From: Zancudomyces culisetae HAW-14-8
Lineage: Eukaryota > Fungi > Kickxellomycota
DNA length: 64,000 nt
Direction of reading: 5' to 3'
NCBI GenBank assembly: GCA_052426225.1
Contig: JBNJNM010000016.1
Location: 1-64,000 of the forward strand
A model generated the notes under the pieces. That model made no database searches. It was not told the origin of the DNA and was given only the letters and a program-made list of their open reading frames with translations. Position numbers and translations under genes: made by a program. Of this stretch, positions 10,584 through 21,382 are shown piece by piece. Within the stretch, counting starts at the first letter, position 1, and each line of letters begins with the position of its first letter.

Positions 10584-11929
10584 ATGGCAGACAAATTAGA
10601 CACTGGCAGATTCGATAGATCGGAGGATCCTACAGTTCCATTCCAATATTGGAACCCAATGTCATACTTGAAAGCCTTAAATGAGCATAGGGAAAGAATT
10701 AATCTTCCAAAACCAGGGCAATTCGATCAACTAAACAAGGAGTCCAAAGGTATTTAATTACGATTCATTCCATTTTATCTTGGATTTTTTATACGACTTC
10801 AATCAATTTTGAGTCAAAGATACTCAAACGTATATTTGTTCTTGGAAGTAATTGTGTCTAAAGGATCCACATTACGAAATATCAGGAATCGAGCAGCACA
10901 ATGCATGCAATAATTCAGAATTGAAATACTAAATACTAAAAACTAAAATAAATCAAATGATACTCATAGCTACTTTGTTAACAAACTATACATTTGACGG
11001 AGGAAGAGCCGATCTTACAAAGATTTTGTCGCCAAACTTTCAGGTTATGCACACATTTCAGCTAGGTTTGCCAGGAAAACCATCAAACTTTAACTTTGCA
11101 GCAGTGTTCGCGAATGATCGGGTAAATAAAATACCGTTTTTTTAATGATTCCCTATTATGCTTATTTATCTACATAGTAGTTACTATTTATATATACTTA
11201 CATACAATTAAAGTAACAACAAAAGAAAAGAGGTATAAAGAGGACATACACTAAAATATGAATTAGACTCTATTGCATGGAACTATGGATAGAGAAGGAA
11301 ATCTGCAAGGAAGAGTACATTATAACTTTACACCAAAACTGGTTGAGAGGATACAGATTCAAGTAATGCAAAAGGATGAACATTCAGTGTTCCAAGCAGA
11401 AACCGAATACGATGGAGATGATTACATTGTGAACTCAAAAATAACAAACCCATCTGTTACAGAAGGAACAGGCGTGTTTGCACTGAGCTACTTACAGTCA
11501 ATCACAAAGAATCTGGCTGCCGGAGCAGAGATAATGGTACAAAAGCCATATCCAAAATACCAGGAAGCAGCCACATCTCTGGCAATTAGATATACCCCAG
11601 ATGACAAATCCGTATGGGTAGCACAAGCACAAGGAACAAATATACTAACAGCATCATACTGGCGCAAGATCAGCAGCAAAGTCGATGCCTGTGCAGAGCT
11701 ACAAGTTCTCAACATGCCAACGCAAGGACGACGCGACGCAGTGTGTACTGTCGGAGCCAAATATGAATTCGCTTCAGCTACGTACCGAGCACAGATGGAC
11801 AACACCTTTAAACTGTCAATGCTTCTTGAAGAAAAAATTGCACCAGGATTTTCGTTTTTGATTTCTGGTGATATCGACTATGCCAAGGGCGAAAATAAGT
11901 TTGGTGTTGGTTTGCAACTAGAGAGCTAA
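10584..11929 (+). CDS. TOM40: Mitochondrial outer-membrane import channel Tom40, 3 exons
   Basis: Exons 10584-10749, 10970-11121, 11267-11929 with matching phases. LPKPGQFDQL, FDGGRADLTKILSPNFQVMHTF, beta-barrel pattern, C-terminal beta-signal KFGVGLQLES. Confidence 0.93.
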
Positions 11930-12909
11930 GAGGCAAGAAGCTTCTGGTGAAGTTCTTGAATCATTTCTTTTATTTCCTTAACATCCTTGAGTTCCATTTT
12001 ATTTTTTCTAGCGCTAATGTTCTCATACTGATTAATATACTCTTTATCTTCCAAAGCATTCTCCTCCCTTTCCGCAGCATTCCATTCGTACGCCATATTC
12101 GTGCCCACTATTGATGTAGGCAGTGCGATAAACGCCACGCCGAAAACCATTGTAACTCCCGCCACTATCTTTCCTATAGTGGTAACTGGGTATTCGTCAC
12201 CATACCCTGTAGTTGTGAGAGTAACTATGGCCCAATAGAATGTACCTGGTACTGATTGAAACGGACTTTCTTGTGGTTTTCCTTCGACCACTCTGTACCA
12301 TGTTAGATTATCTTCAGAATAGTGACTATTCTCAACCAAGAACATCAAACTGGATGACGTAACCATCAGCACTACCAGTGATATCAACACTGCCGCAATT
12401 TGCTCCCAACTTCTACGCAATGCCAATACTGCCACCTTTACGCTTTTATTGGTTTGCCCAAACTGGTACAACTGGAGAACCCTAAATGCTTTCAACACTC
12501 GAATATACTGTAAGGGTACCACTGTTTCTTTTTTTCCAATCACCACCAAAAAAAACATTTCTATAAATAACGGTAGCGTTGTGACCAAATCAAATATATT
12601 GTTTCCCTTTAACACAAATCTTATCCGCTTATTACTCGAGTATAGTTTGAGAATATATTCTCCAAAAAACAGGATCGACAGCAACAAATCGGCAACGAAC
12701 AAACCTGCTACCCAAGCCTTGTTTGTATGTATTGTTGAAACTGTATGTAAACAATACAATCCTATGTATACCGTTACTGCTACAGCATGAAGTAGCAAAT
12801 AACCCTTGGGCTTCTGCATTTCTATTCTCTGATAAAAACTCCTTATAGCTTTTTTCAGCCTTCTTTCACTTTTTCCACCGCTTGGGCTTGATCCTAGTTC
12901 CATGTACAT
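11926..12909 (-). CDS. Voltage-gated (Kv/Shaker-like) 6TM potassium channel lacking a T1 domain
   Basis: Pore FYWAIVTLTTTGYGD, S6 IALPTSIV, NIFDLV before S3, S4-like YIRVLKAFRVLQL, C-terminal coiled coil. The 5' end may extend further upstream. Confidence 0.9.
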   Translation of the reverse strand: MYMELGSSPSGGKSERRLKKAIRSFYQRIEMQKPKGYLLLHAVAVTVYIGLYCLHTVSTIHTNKAWVAGLFVADLLLSILFFGEYILKLYSSNKRIRFVLKGNNIFDLVTTLPLFIEMFFLVVIGKKETVVPLQYIRVLKAFRVLQLYQFGQTNKSVKVAVLALRRSWEQIAAVLISLVVLMVTSSSLMFLVENSHYSEDNLTWYRVVEGKPQESPFQSVPGTFYWAIVTLTTTGYGDEYPVTTIGKIVAGVTMVFGVAFIALPTSIVGTNMAYEWNAAEREENALEDKEYINQYENISARKNKMELKDVKEIKEMIQELHQKLLAS

Positions 12910-12954
12910 TTCGATTTTGATTTCGATTTCGGCTTCAAATTTGCTTTGACTCTT

Positions 12955-13050
12955 GGAGTTTGAGTTTGAGCTTGAGTTTGAGTTTGAGTTTGAGCTTGAG
13001 TTTGAGTTTGAGTTTGAGTTTGAGTTTGAGCTTGAGTTTGAGTTTGAGTT
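12955..13050. repeat. (TGAGTT/TGAGCT) hexamer tandem repeat, ~16 units
   Basis: 15 full units at 12961-13050 plus one degenerate unit; three units are TGAGCT. Confidence 0.95.
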
Positions 13051-14025
13051 TGGTTTTGGCTGTGGTCCGTTCTGCTTATGTTCTTAGCACAGCTCTTTGT
13101 GTATTTTTCTTTCTTGGTGGTTTTTGTCTGTATGAGAATACATAAAAATATAACTGCGTTTTTGGCTTTCTTGTTAAATCCTGCTGCAAAAACACACAAT
13201 TCCTGATATTGTTTATTTTTTTTTCATTTGTTTATTATTTTTTGTTCTGGGAATTCTGATTAGCCACAGATAATTCTGTTCGTGGACGCATATTCAAACC
13301 TCACACAATTTGTTACTAGACCTTAAAACGAACTAAAAAAATACAAAAACCACACATATTGACGAAAATTTCTGGGATTCTTCATATTGGAGGCTCAACC
13401 TTTATACTTGCAGGATTTTGCGGAATAGGAAATAGCATAGTTGTTACCAATACCAGCTTTAGAAAGGTAAGCTCATAGCAAACACAGTTGGAACAGAAAG
13501 TGGAGGGGGGGTGAGAGTCAAAAGAAAGAAGACTTGGAAGGATGGGACAGCGCGTTGTAAATATGGAAGCACGACTATCGATTTTATCTTACTCCATACC
13601 AACTTTTATCCATTTCCCGTCAAAACTCACCATATTCTCATTTGGATAATTTACTAGTCTTTGCAATTTTGATTCCAAAGGGATTTTGGCATTCAGAACA
13701 GTTTAATTTTAATTTTTAATTTTGTAAAGGCTATTTTGTACCAACCTTGAAAATTTGAATAAAAAAAATTTTTTTCAGTAAAGCAAGGTAGGGTTTGAAA
13801 AAAAAAAGCTAGCAACTTATTTGTTTATGGTTGGGGGGAAAAAAAATTACAACTACGATATTTACAAGTTCATTTTTTATTCTTCTAACGAGGCACTGCC
13901 AATTTGCGACGGTTGACTCAAGATTACGAATTTAATTCATTCCTCAAGGAATTTAGAAAAAAAAGGCTAAAGATACATTAGTATTCTCTGGATTTGTAGG
14001 CAAAATCAATCAGTTATAGTAAATC

Positions 14026-15033
14026 ATGAGACCAATCTTATTAAAAGGGCATACCAGACCAATAACCCAAATCAAATACAACAGGGAAGGCGATCTCCTG
14101 TTCACAGTGGCGAAGGATATGGTTGTAAACGCATGGTATGCGCACAACGGCGAGCGGCTCGGAACATTCGATGGACACAAGGGATCAGTTTGGTCTATTG
14201 CTGTAGATTCAAGCTCCACATTGTTGGCCACCGGATCTGCAGATAACACTGCAAAGATTTGGCGAATTCGAGACGGCAAATGCTTAGAAACACTAGAATT
14301 CAATGCTGCAGTCAGAAAGGTGGAATTCAGCACCGATGACAAATATTTGAGCGTGATGTTGGATAACCATATGGGACAAAAGAGTGAAATTTTTGTGTAC
14401 AGAGTAGTAAGAAGCGGAAGTGGAAGCAGTGAAGTCTATAGGATGGTTAGACCAAATGTTGCTGAACATGGTAGAGCAACAGTCCAGGCCTGGGCCTACT
14501 ACAATAAATATATAATTGTAGGACACGTTGATGGAACAGTCTGCCAATACGAATTCTCTCCATCTGATCAACAGCAATCCGGCTCACTAAAGCTTTTAAA
14601 GAGCAAGAAGATTCATAACGATGAAATCACCGACCTGCAATTCTCTGCCGATCGGTCTTACTTTATCACATCTTCAAAGGACAAAACTGCAAATCTTGTT
14701 GATGTAGAAACCCTGGATATTCTGAAAATCTACAAAAGTGATACATCACTAAACACTGCTGCTCTGGTTGCCAAGAAGGATTACATTGTAGTTGGTGGTG
14801 GTCAAGCTGCTAGTGAAGTAACTACCACTGGTGCTCGCCAAGGCAAATTCGAGGCCCGATTCTTCCATATGATCTTTGAGCATGAAATTGGTCGTGTCAA
14901 GGGTCACTTCGGTCCCATTAACACACTTTCTGTTGAACCAAATGGTCTCGGCTACTCAAGTGGCGGAGAGGATGGTTTTGTTAGAATTCACTACTTTGAT
15001 GATGATTACTTTGGCTATAAATATGATTACTAA
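14026..15033 (+). CDS. TIF34: Translation initiation factor eIF3 subunit I (WD40)
   Basis: MRPILLKGHTRPITQIKYNREGDLLF; GGGQAASEVTTT; GRVKGHFGPIN; SGGEDGFVRIHYFD. Confidence 0.96.
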   Translation: MRPILLKGHTRPITQIKYNREGDLLFTVAKDMVVNAWYAHNGERLGTFDGHKGSVWSIAVDSSSTLLATGSADNTAKIWRIRDGKCLETLEFNAAVRKVEFSTDDKYLSVMLDNHMGQKSEIFVYRVVRSGSGSSEVYRMVRPNVAEHGRATVQAWAYYNKYIIVGHVDGTVCQYEFSPSDQQQSGSLKLLKSKKIHNDEITDLQFSADRSYFITSSKDKTANLVDVETLDILKIYKSDTSLNTAALVAKKDYIVVGGGQAASEVTTTGARQGKFEARFFHMIFEHEIGRVKGHFGPINTLSVEPNGLGYSSGGEDGFVRIHYFDDDYFGYKYDY

Positions 15034-15639
15034 AATGTTTTATTGTTCTAGTCTCTCTTTTTTTATTATAATCTTATACTTTGTATCCTCCATTCATATT
15101 TTTTTTTACCAGACATAAATTAGGTACAAACTTGTTTCAATGTCTCAACATACTAATTACCAAGGCCTATAAGATAGCTATGAGCAATGTTAGTGTGTAG
15201 GCAATAATTTACACAGATAGATACGTTTATGACCATTCCATTGAGGTTCGGTATACGCAGCATATTGACTGGCTCTTGGAGTAAAAAGAAAAAATAGAAA
15301 AGAAAAATACAAAAGAGCTTCAACAGACTCATCCTGTTAGCTTTGAGGTTTACATCGTCTGTATACTTGAGTTAAGAGTGTATTGTTGAATATAACGAAT
15401 CCCATTTGTTTAAACGTCGGGTTCAAGTTTATTAGGGTAAAATAATACCCTTTTGTTGGGAAACAATCCCTGTACCAAAATTAAAATTATCAAAGCTATG
15501 TAATAACATCGTCACATTACCCTCAAATCAAACCAACTAAAGAAACTTTAAAATTCAAACTAGTCTCTTTCAGCCGTTATTTTTACATTTGAAGCGTTAA
15601 AAAAAAATGATAGACTGCAGCGCTGGTGAACGTATTCAT

Positions 15640-16137
15640 CTAGTTCTGTATTGGAGTGTTAGGCACAAATGGTCCCGCAACAAATGAACCAAGAAACTTT
15701 TCAAAAAATCCTGTACTGCGAGTTTTACTGTCTGAACTAGCATCTTCCGAATTTGGCACAGAACTTAACGTCGATTCTGGTTGTGGCGCTGTTTCTGATG
15801 GTAGCGCCGGTGGAGTTGATACTGGAGCCCCCTCGGAACTTGTAGCGCTGGGTATGTCTTGGTTGTTGTTTGGATCTTGTGTTGGTTGATCTCCCAAGCT
15901 GTCTTGAACACTCGAGTATGGTGGAGTTTCTGAGCTAATTGAGAATCGGAGTCTTTCTTTTACAGTTGTTTGTACATTCTCTGCGCTGTTTGGAATTATC
16001 ATGTTAAAATCATCGTCATCTCTTTTTACTGGATTGTATCGTACACTCTCATCTTGCCCTATTATATTATTTCTTGCAAATTCCTCTGCAAATACTGATA
16101 CTAATACGAATATCACTATTAAAAGTATTTTGTACAT
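15640..16137 (-). CDS. Secreted Ser/Pro/Thr-rich hypothetical protein
   Basis: Signal peptide MYKILLIVIFVLVSVFA, KR site, low-complexity S/P/T region. Confidence 0.75.
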   Translation of the reverse strand: MYKILLIVIFVLVSVFAEEFARNNIIGQDESVRYNPVKRDDDDFNMIIPNSAENVQTTVKERLRFSISSETPPYSSVQDSLGDQPTQDPNNNQDIPSATSSEGAPVSTPPALPSETAPQPESTLSSVPNSEDASSDSKTRSTGFFEKFLGSFVAGPFVPNTPIQN

Positions 16138-18291
16138 TTATACTAATAGCTTTGAGTGTTGATGTATATATTGTGGTTGTTAGCTGTGTTAAATTTGCTA
16201 TTGTTCCAAAGCTATGACTTGATAGTTAATGTGAGATTTAATGTATTATGACAAATATGATGTATGTAAATAAATGTTGTTATTAATATAAAACTATAAA
16301 ATGGAAATGCTAGTATGTCATAATGGAATTTGAATGTATTATTGCAACCTTATATACAAAAATCTTGTATAAACTAATAGTGCCATCCGTTTTTAATTTA
16401 ATATCATTTCATGTACACAAATACATTTTTGAGCACTAAACGCCTCATTACGTATCGTTGATTAGAGTATTTTCATTGAGAGGGAAAGGGGCAATATATT
16501 AAGCGTAGACTAATCCATAGTATAACGAGCTTGAATTGTGGATCACTCAGCAAAATGATCCAGTTTTTTGGGTTTTGATATAAGTATAAATCTTCAGCAT
16601 TTTGCATACAAAATAGAATTCGGTGATTGGGGATGAGCTACCTAGCTAGCTATTTCGCTGTGTAAGCGGCTAAAACTATGCATTTTTTTGTTTCTGCAAA
16701 CTTTTCACAACTAAAACTGCTTAATGTGAATATTTTCAAACAGAATGCAGCTTTCTGGCATAGGCATACTACCAGATAATTATATATACGCATACACATA
16801 CTCGTATACACGCAAAATGCACTTCGACTTTTGAGTAGAGCAGACAAATGACACTAACCCCTTCCCTATAAAAAAAAATGCTGTTTTTTCAATGTAAAAA
16901 CTAGACGTAGAGATTAATATCACCATGATCTTACATTGGAATGCACCAAGTGATAAACTTAATAGATAAGCCCCTTTTTTTCGTAAAAAGTAAGGTTTTT
17001 TTACTGCACAAAAAATAAAATATTGTTTTACTCATGTCGAAACGATGTACGCATACGCCATGCACCCCTTCTCCATTTTGACCCGAAAAAATATTGGTAA
17101 CGCAAAACAAAGCAAAAATCAAATGATTCCAGAATTGTGCCAAGCACATGTGATGATATTATGATAGTATTATCTTTGTGTGTCAGTGTATGTCAAAGAT
17201 GACATTACATGACTCTCATAAATAAATGTTTGCTTTTTCCAAATAAATCACAGCAATGATCCTATATATTTATTGAAATGAACTATTCTTTTTGTAGTAA
17301 TTAGTTTGAGATAGAACCATCAGAGTAAAACAACTTTACACTTTCTCACCACGACTACCGCTACCACTCCCAAAAAGAGTAAGGGCGGAGCAATAATGGG
17401 ATGTGGTTAGAATCGCCTATTCACATCGCTAACTACGAAGCAAATCTGACTTGGACTGTTTATCTTTAAATAAACACCTTGAACGAGAAAGATAATGTAT
17501 TATAGTTTATAGTACGCACTAATATATAGACATGAGAACGGATATTTCTGGTTAGCTGATACATCCAGAATACTACCGTAACCACAGCTGGGAAGTTGTA
17601 GCGTCAATGGTTAGTACCGTTTAAAACCAATGAATATGTATATTTTCCATGTCGTTTATTGACAAAACCGGTTTATGAATATATTGAACCTACTACCATT
17701 TACATTTGGGTTTTGTACCCCCTAGTAAAGGTCATAGAACTGAAAAATTCACACCAAAGCGCATATAGTTCTGGTAAAAGTAATATGGAGGACTACTAAC
17801 TGTCATTTGTAAAAACATGTGAAGAAAATCTAGCTGCTCATAGTAGAATATTGGTGGATGAAAGTGGCGGGTGTACAATTCACGAATGGTTTATTTTTAC
17901 ACTTGTTTGTTGCGCGTGCATAAAATCAGGGAATCCCGTAAAGTGGTGCCAATTGGTCAAGCATTTGTGAGTAAATATTACAGCACGAATATTTTCTAGA
18001 ACCTTGTGAAATGTAGTTTTATTGGGAGCTAGTATATTTTCTGCAATGGAGATATAAAACCTTAAACATATAAACGCCAATAAGGTCAAAAAAGTATTGA
18101 ATTCGAATCGGAATGTTTATCGGCTAACCCATTCAATAAAAGAAAATGAGCACAAAATTACAAATCAAGCATATCAAGGTATTGACGGTGTATTAGCATA
18201 ATAACATAACAATAAAGCATTATTTACAAAAAAAAAAGAGGTGTCAACACAATTAAATCAGCAGATTATAATAAATAAGGGCAAATTGAAA

Positions 18292-18750
18292 ATGAGCAGC
18301 AGTAATAACGACAAAAAAAAACGGGCTGAAGAGCCTAACACACAAAAAAAAGTATACAAGGAAGATTCTGCACTATTATCCAATAATATAACACCAGATT
18401 CAGTAGCAACCATGAATGGAGGGACACCGAAAACCACCGAAATGGATAAGATGACTAGCGAGATACTTGGTAATGAGGGCACAAATAAGATCAACACAAC
18501 AGGATATAATGGAGCTTTTATAGACGAAGAGCAAGATCCAATGGAAGGGATGCATATAGTGTATGTGAGAACTGATGGTAGCGGAACATGTGTTGATGGG
18601 CGAGAGCATGAGTGGAGGGAATCGGGGTTAATAGGAGGCTTTTGCTGTGGAGCATCAATCTGCTTTAGAAATCTCGGAAGAATATGCTATACTTCACACA
18701 AATGTGTAAAGTGTGGTATCAAGATTCAAAGAAGTAGCTTAGTAGCTTAA
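18292..18750 (+). CDS. Cys-rich protein with a BRI3/DUF2367-like C-terminal domain
   Basis: ATG at 18292 in aaaATG context; C-x-x-G-x-x-H-x-W ... CCG ... IC ... KCVKCG pattern. Confidence 0.6.
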   Translation: MSSSNNDKKKRAEEPNTQKKVYKEDSALLSNNITPDSVATMNGGTPKTTEMDKMTSEILGNEGTNKINTTGYNGAFIDEEQDPMEGMHIVYVRTDGSGTCVDGREHEWRESGLIGGFCCGASICFRNLGRICYTSHKCVKCGIKIQRSSLVA

Positions 18751-18857
18751 AAGAAAAATGATATTGTTAAAAAACGTAGAAAGGAGAAAAAAATACATAC
18801 AAAGCTCAATAGACAAAAGACATGTACAAATATTTCAATTAAAATAAATAAAAAATG

Positions 18858-20825
18858 CTAAGATAAAAGATACGAGTATAGAGTAACAGGAATATCTAAC
18901 GATAAATAGTTGAGATAACAGAATAACAGGCTTGGTAGCGAGTAAATATACCTCAACAAAGGACTTGAAGCGTTGTAGTGAGATTGGTAGAATGAAAGGA
19001 TATTTGATCTGGCAGAGGTGTATAAATACGCCAAACAATAGTGGGAGAGTATTAACCATGATTGGGTACAAGCGCGAGTTTGAGACGCAGGAGGGAGGTT
19101 TACAAATAGGGAACGGTCAATCAAACGCAACAAATCGTTAGTTTTTATGAGAAGGATTAGGTCGGGGGGTACTGCAGCCATTACCCTAGAAATATCGAAG
19201 AAGAATGTTTCAGACTGAGAAAGGATAGTTGTGGCATCAAATTTAGTGGCGCTTATATTTGTGCGAGAAAGGTTTCCGGACACAACATTGTCCCAGCTCT
19301 GACCAGTAAGAATACAGGACAAAACAACATGCAGGTCAGCCTTATTTGATGAAGGGGGTATAAATCTACGAGATAAAAGATCAATTTGTTCTTTATCGCC
19401 GCGTAGTAGAGACGACCAAAGTCTGGCATAGTCTAATCGAAAATCGGGGCTCAAGCGGCGATAAAGACCGTGATCTAGTAGCACTATTTCAAAATTTTCT
19501 CGTGGAGGAAAACCAAAGAAAGACCAGAACCAGCTCTTGGGGGGCACAGAAGGTCGGATGAGAAGATTTCCTGGATGAGGGTCACAGTGAACCAATCCAT
19601 CGTTAAATGTCATTTCGCCAAAAATCCGTGCAATCTGTCGGCTAACTCTTGCAGGTTTGATATTGTGTCTATCCAGGCTTTCTATATTATCTAGACGAAA
19701 TCCCTCAATAAATTCCATTATTAAAACGCGAGGCGTAGCGCTTATCACACGAGGAATCTTAAGAGGTATATCTGTTCTATTTTTAAAGTTATTTTCAACT
19801 TGTTCAGCGTTGTTCTTTTCATTTACAAAATTCATTTCAATTGGAAGCGATTTTTTCATTTCATCAGCCAGCCACATGAATTGAAACTCAGGAAACACTT
19901 TGTAGATCAGACGCACCAATGCCGACACAGTAATGATATCCACATGCGCATACTTACGAACATCCTGGTGCTGGACTTTGATTGCCACTTCCTCTCCTGT
20001 CTCACGTAGCCGTCCGCGATGCACTTGCGCAAGGGACGCTACACCCAGTGGTTCAACCTCAATTTCACTAAATATTTCACTAGCCGGCCTTCCCATTTCG
20101 GCCTCAATCACTTTTTTGAGGGATTCAATACTCGACTGTTCGCAGCTATCCTGCAGTGGCTTCATTGTTTCGGTCCACTCCTCTGGCAGAATGTATGACA
20201 TTGCTGAAATATGCTGTCCAAATTTTATATACACACCCCCGTTTTTCAGCATTCCCTCCCTAACTTTTTCGGCACATTTCAAATGCGTTTCTTTCCGCTG
20301 ATTTATTCTTCTCAACTGCTCGTCAAGATCCTTCTCTGTAAAATTTACCAAAAGCTCGGGAAAATAAAAATAATAACGATTGATGACGTATATCCCCACA
20401 TCAATGGCCACTCCTATGCGACGCATTGACCATAAAGTGTTTTCCAACCTCCCCTTTTCACCACTTTGCTCATTCACATCTATTGCCATAGGTTCTTCCA
20501 ATTCTAGATCTTTTGAAAGTTGGAATGCCGCTACACTCATCAACATTAGCACACCGGCGGCTATAGTTTTTTTGGGTTTTCTACTTTTCGTTTTCGGACG
20601 ACCATTTCCTTTTGTTTTTAAACTATTAAACCTTGGTATGCTCGTATAGCCTCTAGAAATCGCGTTATTTGTGTCAAGTTTCTGATTGTGATATTTGATT
20701 GTTGTACTATACGAGGATTTACATTTTGATCGTGTTATGGTTGTAAATGATGGCTTTGAAGTTATGAGAGAAACTGAATTTTTACCATTTTTTACAAGGG
20801 TAGATATAAAATGTGGTCTGTACAT
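18858..20825 (-). CDS. ABC1/UbiB atypical kinase (ADCK1/Mcp2-like), mitochondrial
   Basis: GGVYIKFGQH, ASLAQVH, VAIKVQH, HCDPHPGNL, LLDHGLY; basic N-terminal presequence followed by one TM segment. Confidence 0.93.
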   Translation of the reverse strand: MYRPHFISTLVKNGKNSVSLITSKPSFTTITRSKCKSSYSTTIKYHNQKLDTNNAISRGYTSIPRFNSLKTKGNGRPKTKSRKPKKTIAAGVLMLMSVAAFQLSKDLELEEPMAIDVNEQSGEKGRLENTLWSMRRIGVAIDVGIYVINRYYFYFPELLVNFTEKDLDEQLRRINQRKETHLKCAEKVREGMLKNGGVYIKFGQHISAMSYILPEEWTETMKPLQDSCEQSSIESLKKVIEAEMGRPASEIFSEIEVEPLGVASLAQVHRGRLRETGEEVAIKVQHQDVRKYAHVDIITVSALVRLIYKVFPEFQFMWLADEMKKSLPIEMNFVNEKNNAEQVENNFKNRTDIPLKIPRVISATPRVLIMEFIEGFRLDNIESLDRHNIKPARVSRQIARIFGEMTFNDGLVHCDPHPGNLLIRPSVPPKSWFWSFFGFPPRENFEIVLLDHGLYRRLSPDFRLDYARLWSSLLRGDKEQIDLLSRRFIPPSSNKADLHVVLSCILTGQSWDNVVSGNLSRTNISATKFDATTILSQSETFFFDISRVMAAVPPDLILLIKTNDLLRLIDRSLFVNLPPASQTRACTQSWLILSHYCLAYLYTSARSNILSFYQSHYNASSPLLRYIYSLPSLLFCYLNYLSLDIPVTLYSYLLS

Positions 20826-21382
20826 CTCTCAAAGAATCTTTTAGACAAAGTAAGGTAATAAAATGGATTTGAAACCTTTTCTAAAATCTATAAAGGTTTA
20901 TTTCGTAAAGCATTGCATTAAAATAGTGAACATTCTCCATCAAATTAAGGTTTATCTAATAACCTTAAAGAAAAATGCACGATAACCCGGTCAAAAAAAA
21001 AATTTTTTTTCTCCAAACTAGGGGGAGTTCCATAAAACCAGTCAAAATCTTGTTATCAGTTAAAACATGCAAAGCAAACAAGAGAAAAGCAGATACTAGT
21101 TGTACACACAAGGTCACAATAAAAAAAAGAGATAAGCACATCAGGGCAAATCTCGCCGAGAAACTGGAACATAGGATGTCATTGATATAGCATACAAATG
21201 CGGATTTATTCCTAATAAGAACATTATTGACCTTCATCTAAGAAAGATAATAAACACTTAAAGAAAGAGTTGTAAGACCCAAGTCAGAAAAGTAAAAGGT
21301 TCAACCAAAACAATAAATGAAGCAAAAGATAAAGGCTGGCAGTGGAAACCGGCTAATAAAAGAAGTATCACATCGGAAAAGT

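Noticed and set aside
12955-13050. Telomeric or CRISPR-like array; ORFs 12894-13199 and 12960-13145
   Set aside because: Simple internal hexamer with no spacers; these ORFs are best explained as by-products of a stop-free repeat.
17595-17660. TAGCGTCAATGGTTAG, an A-box-like sequence
   Set aside because: No B-box or cloverleaf downstream.
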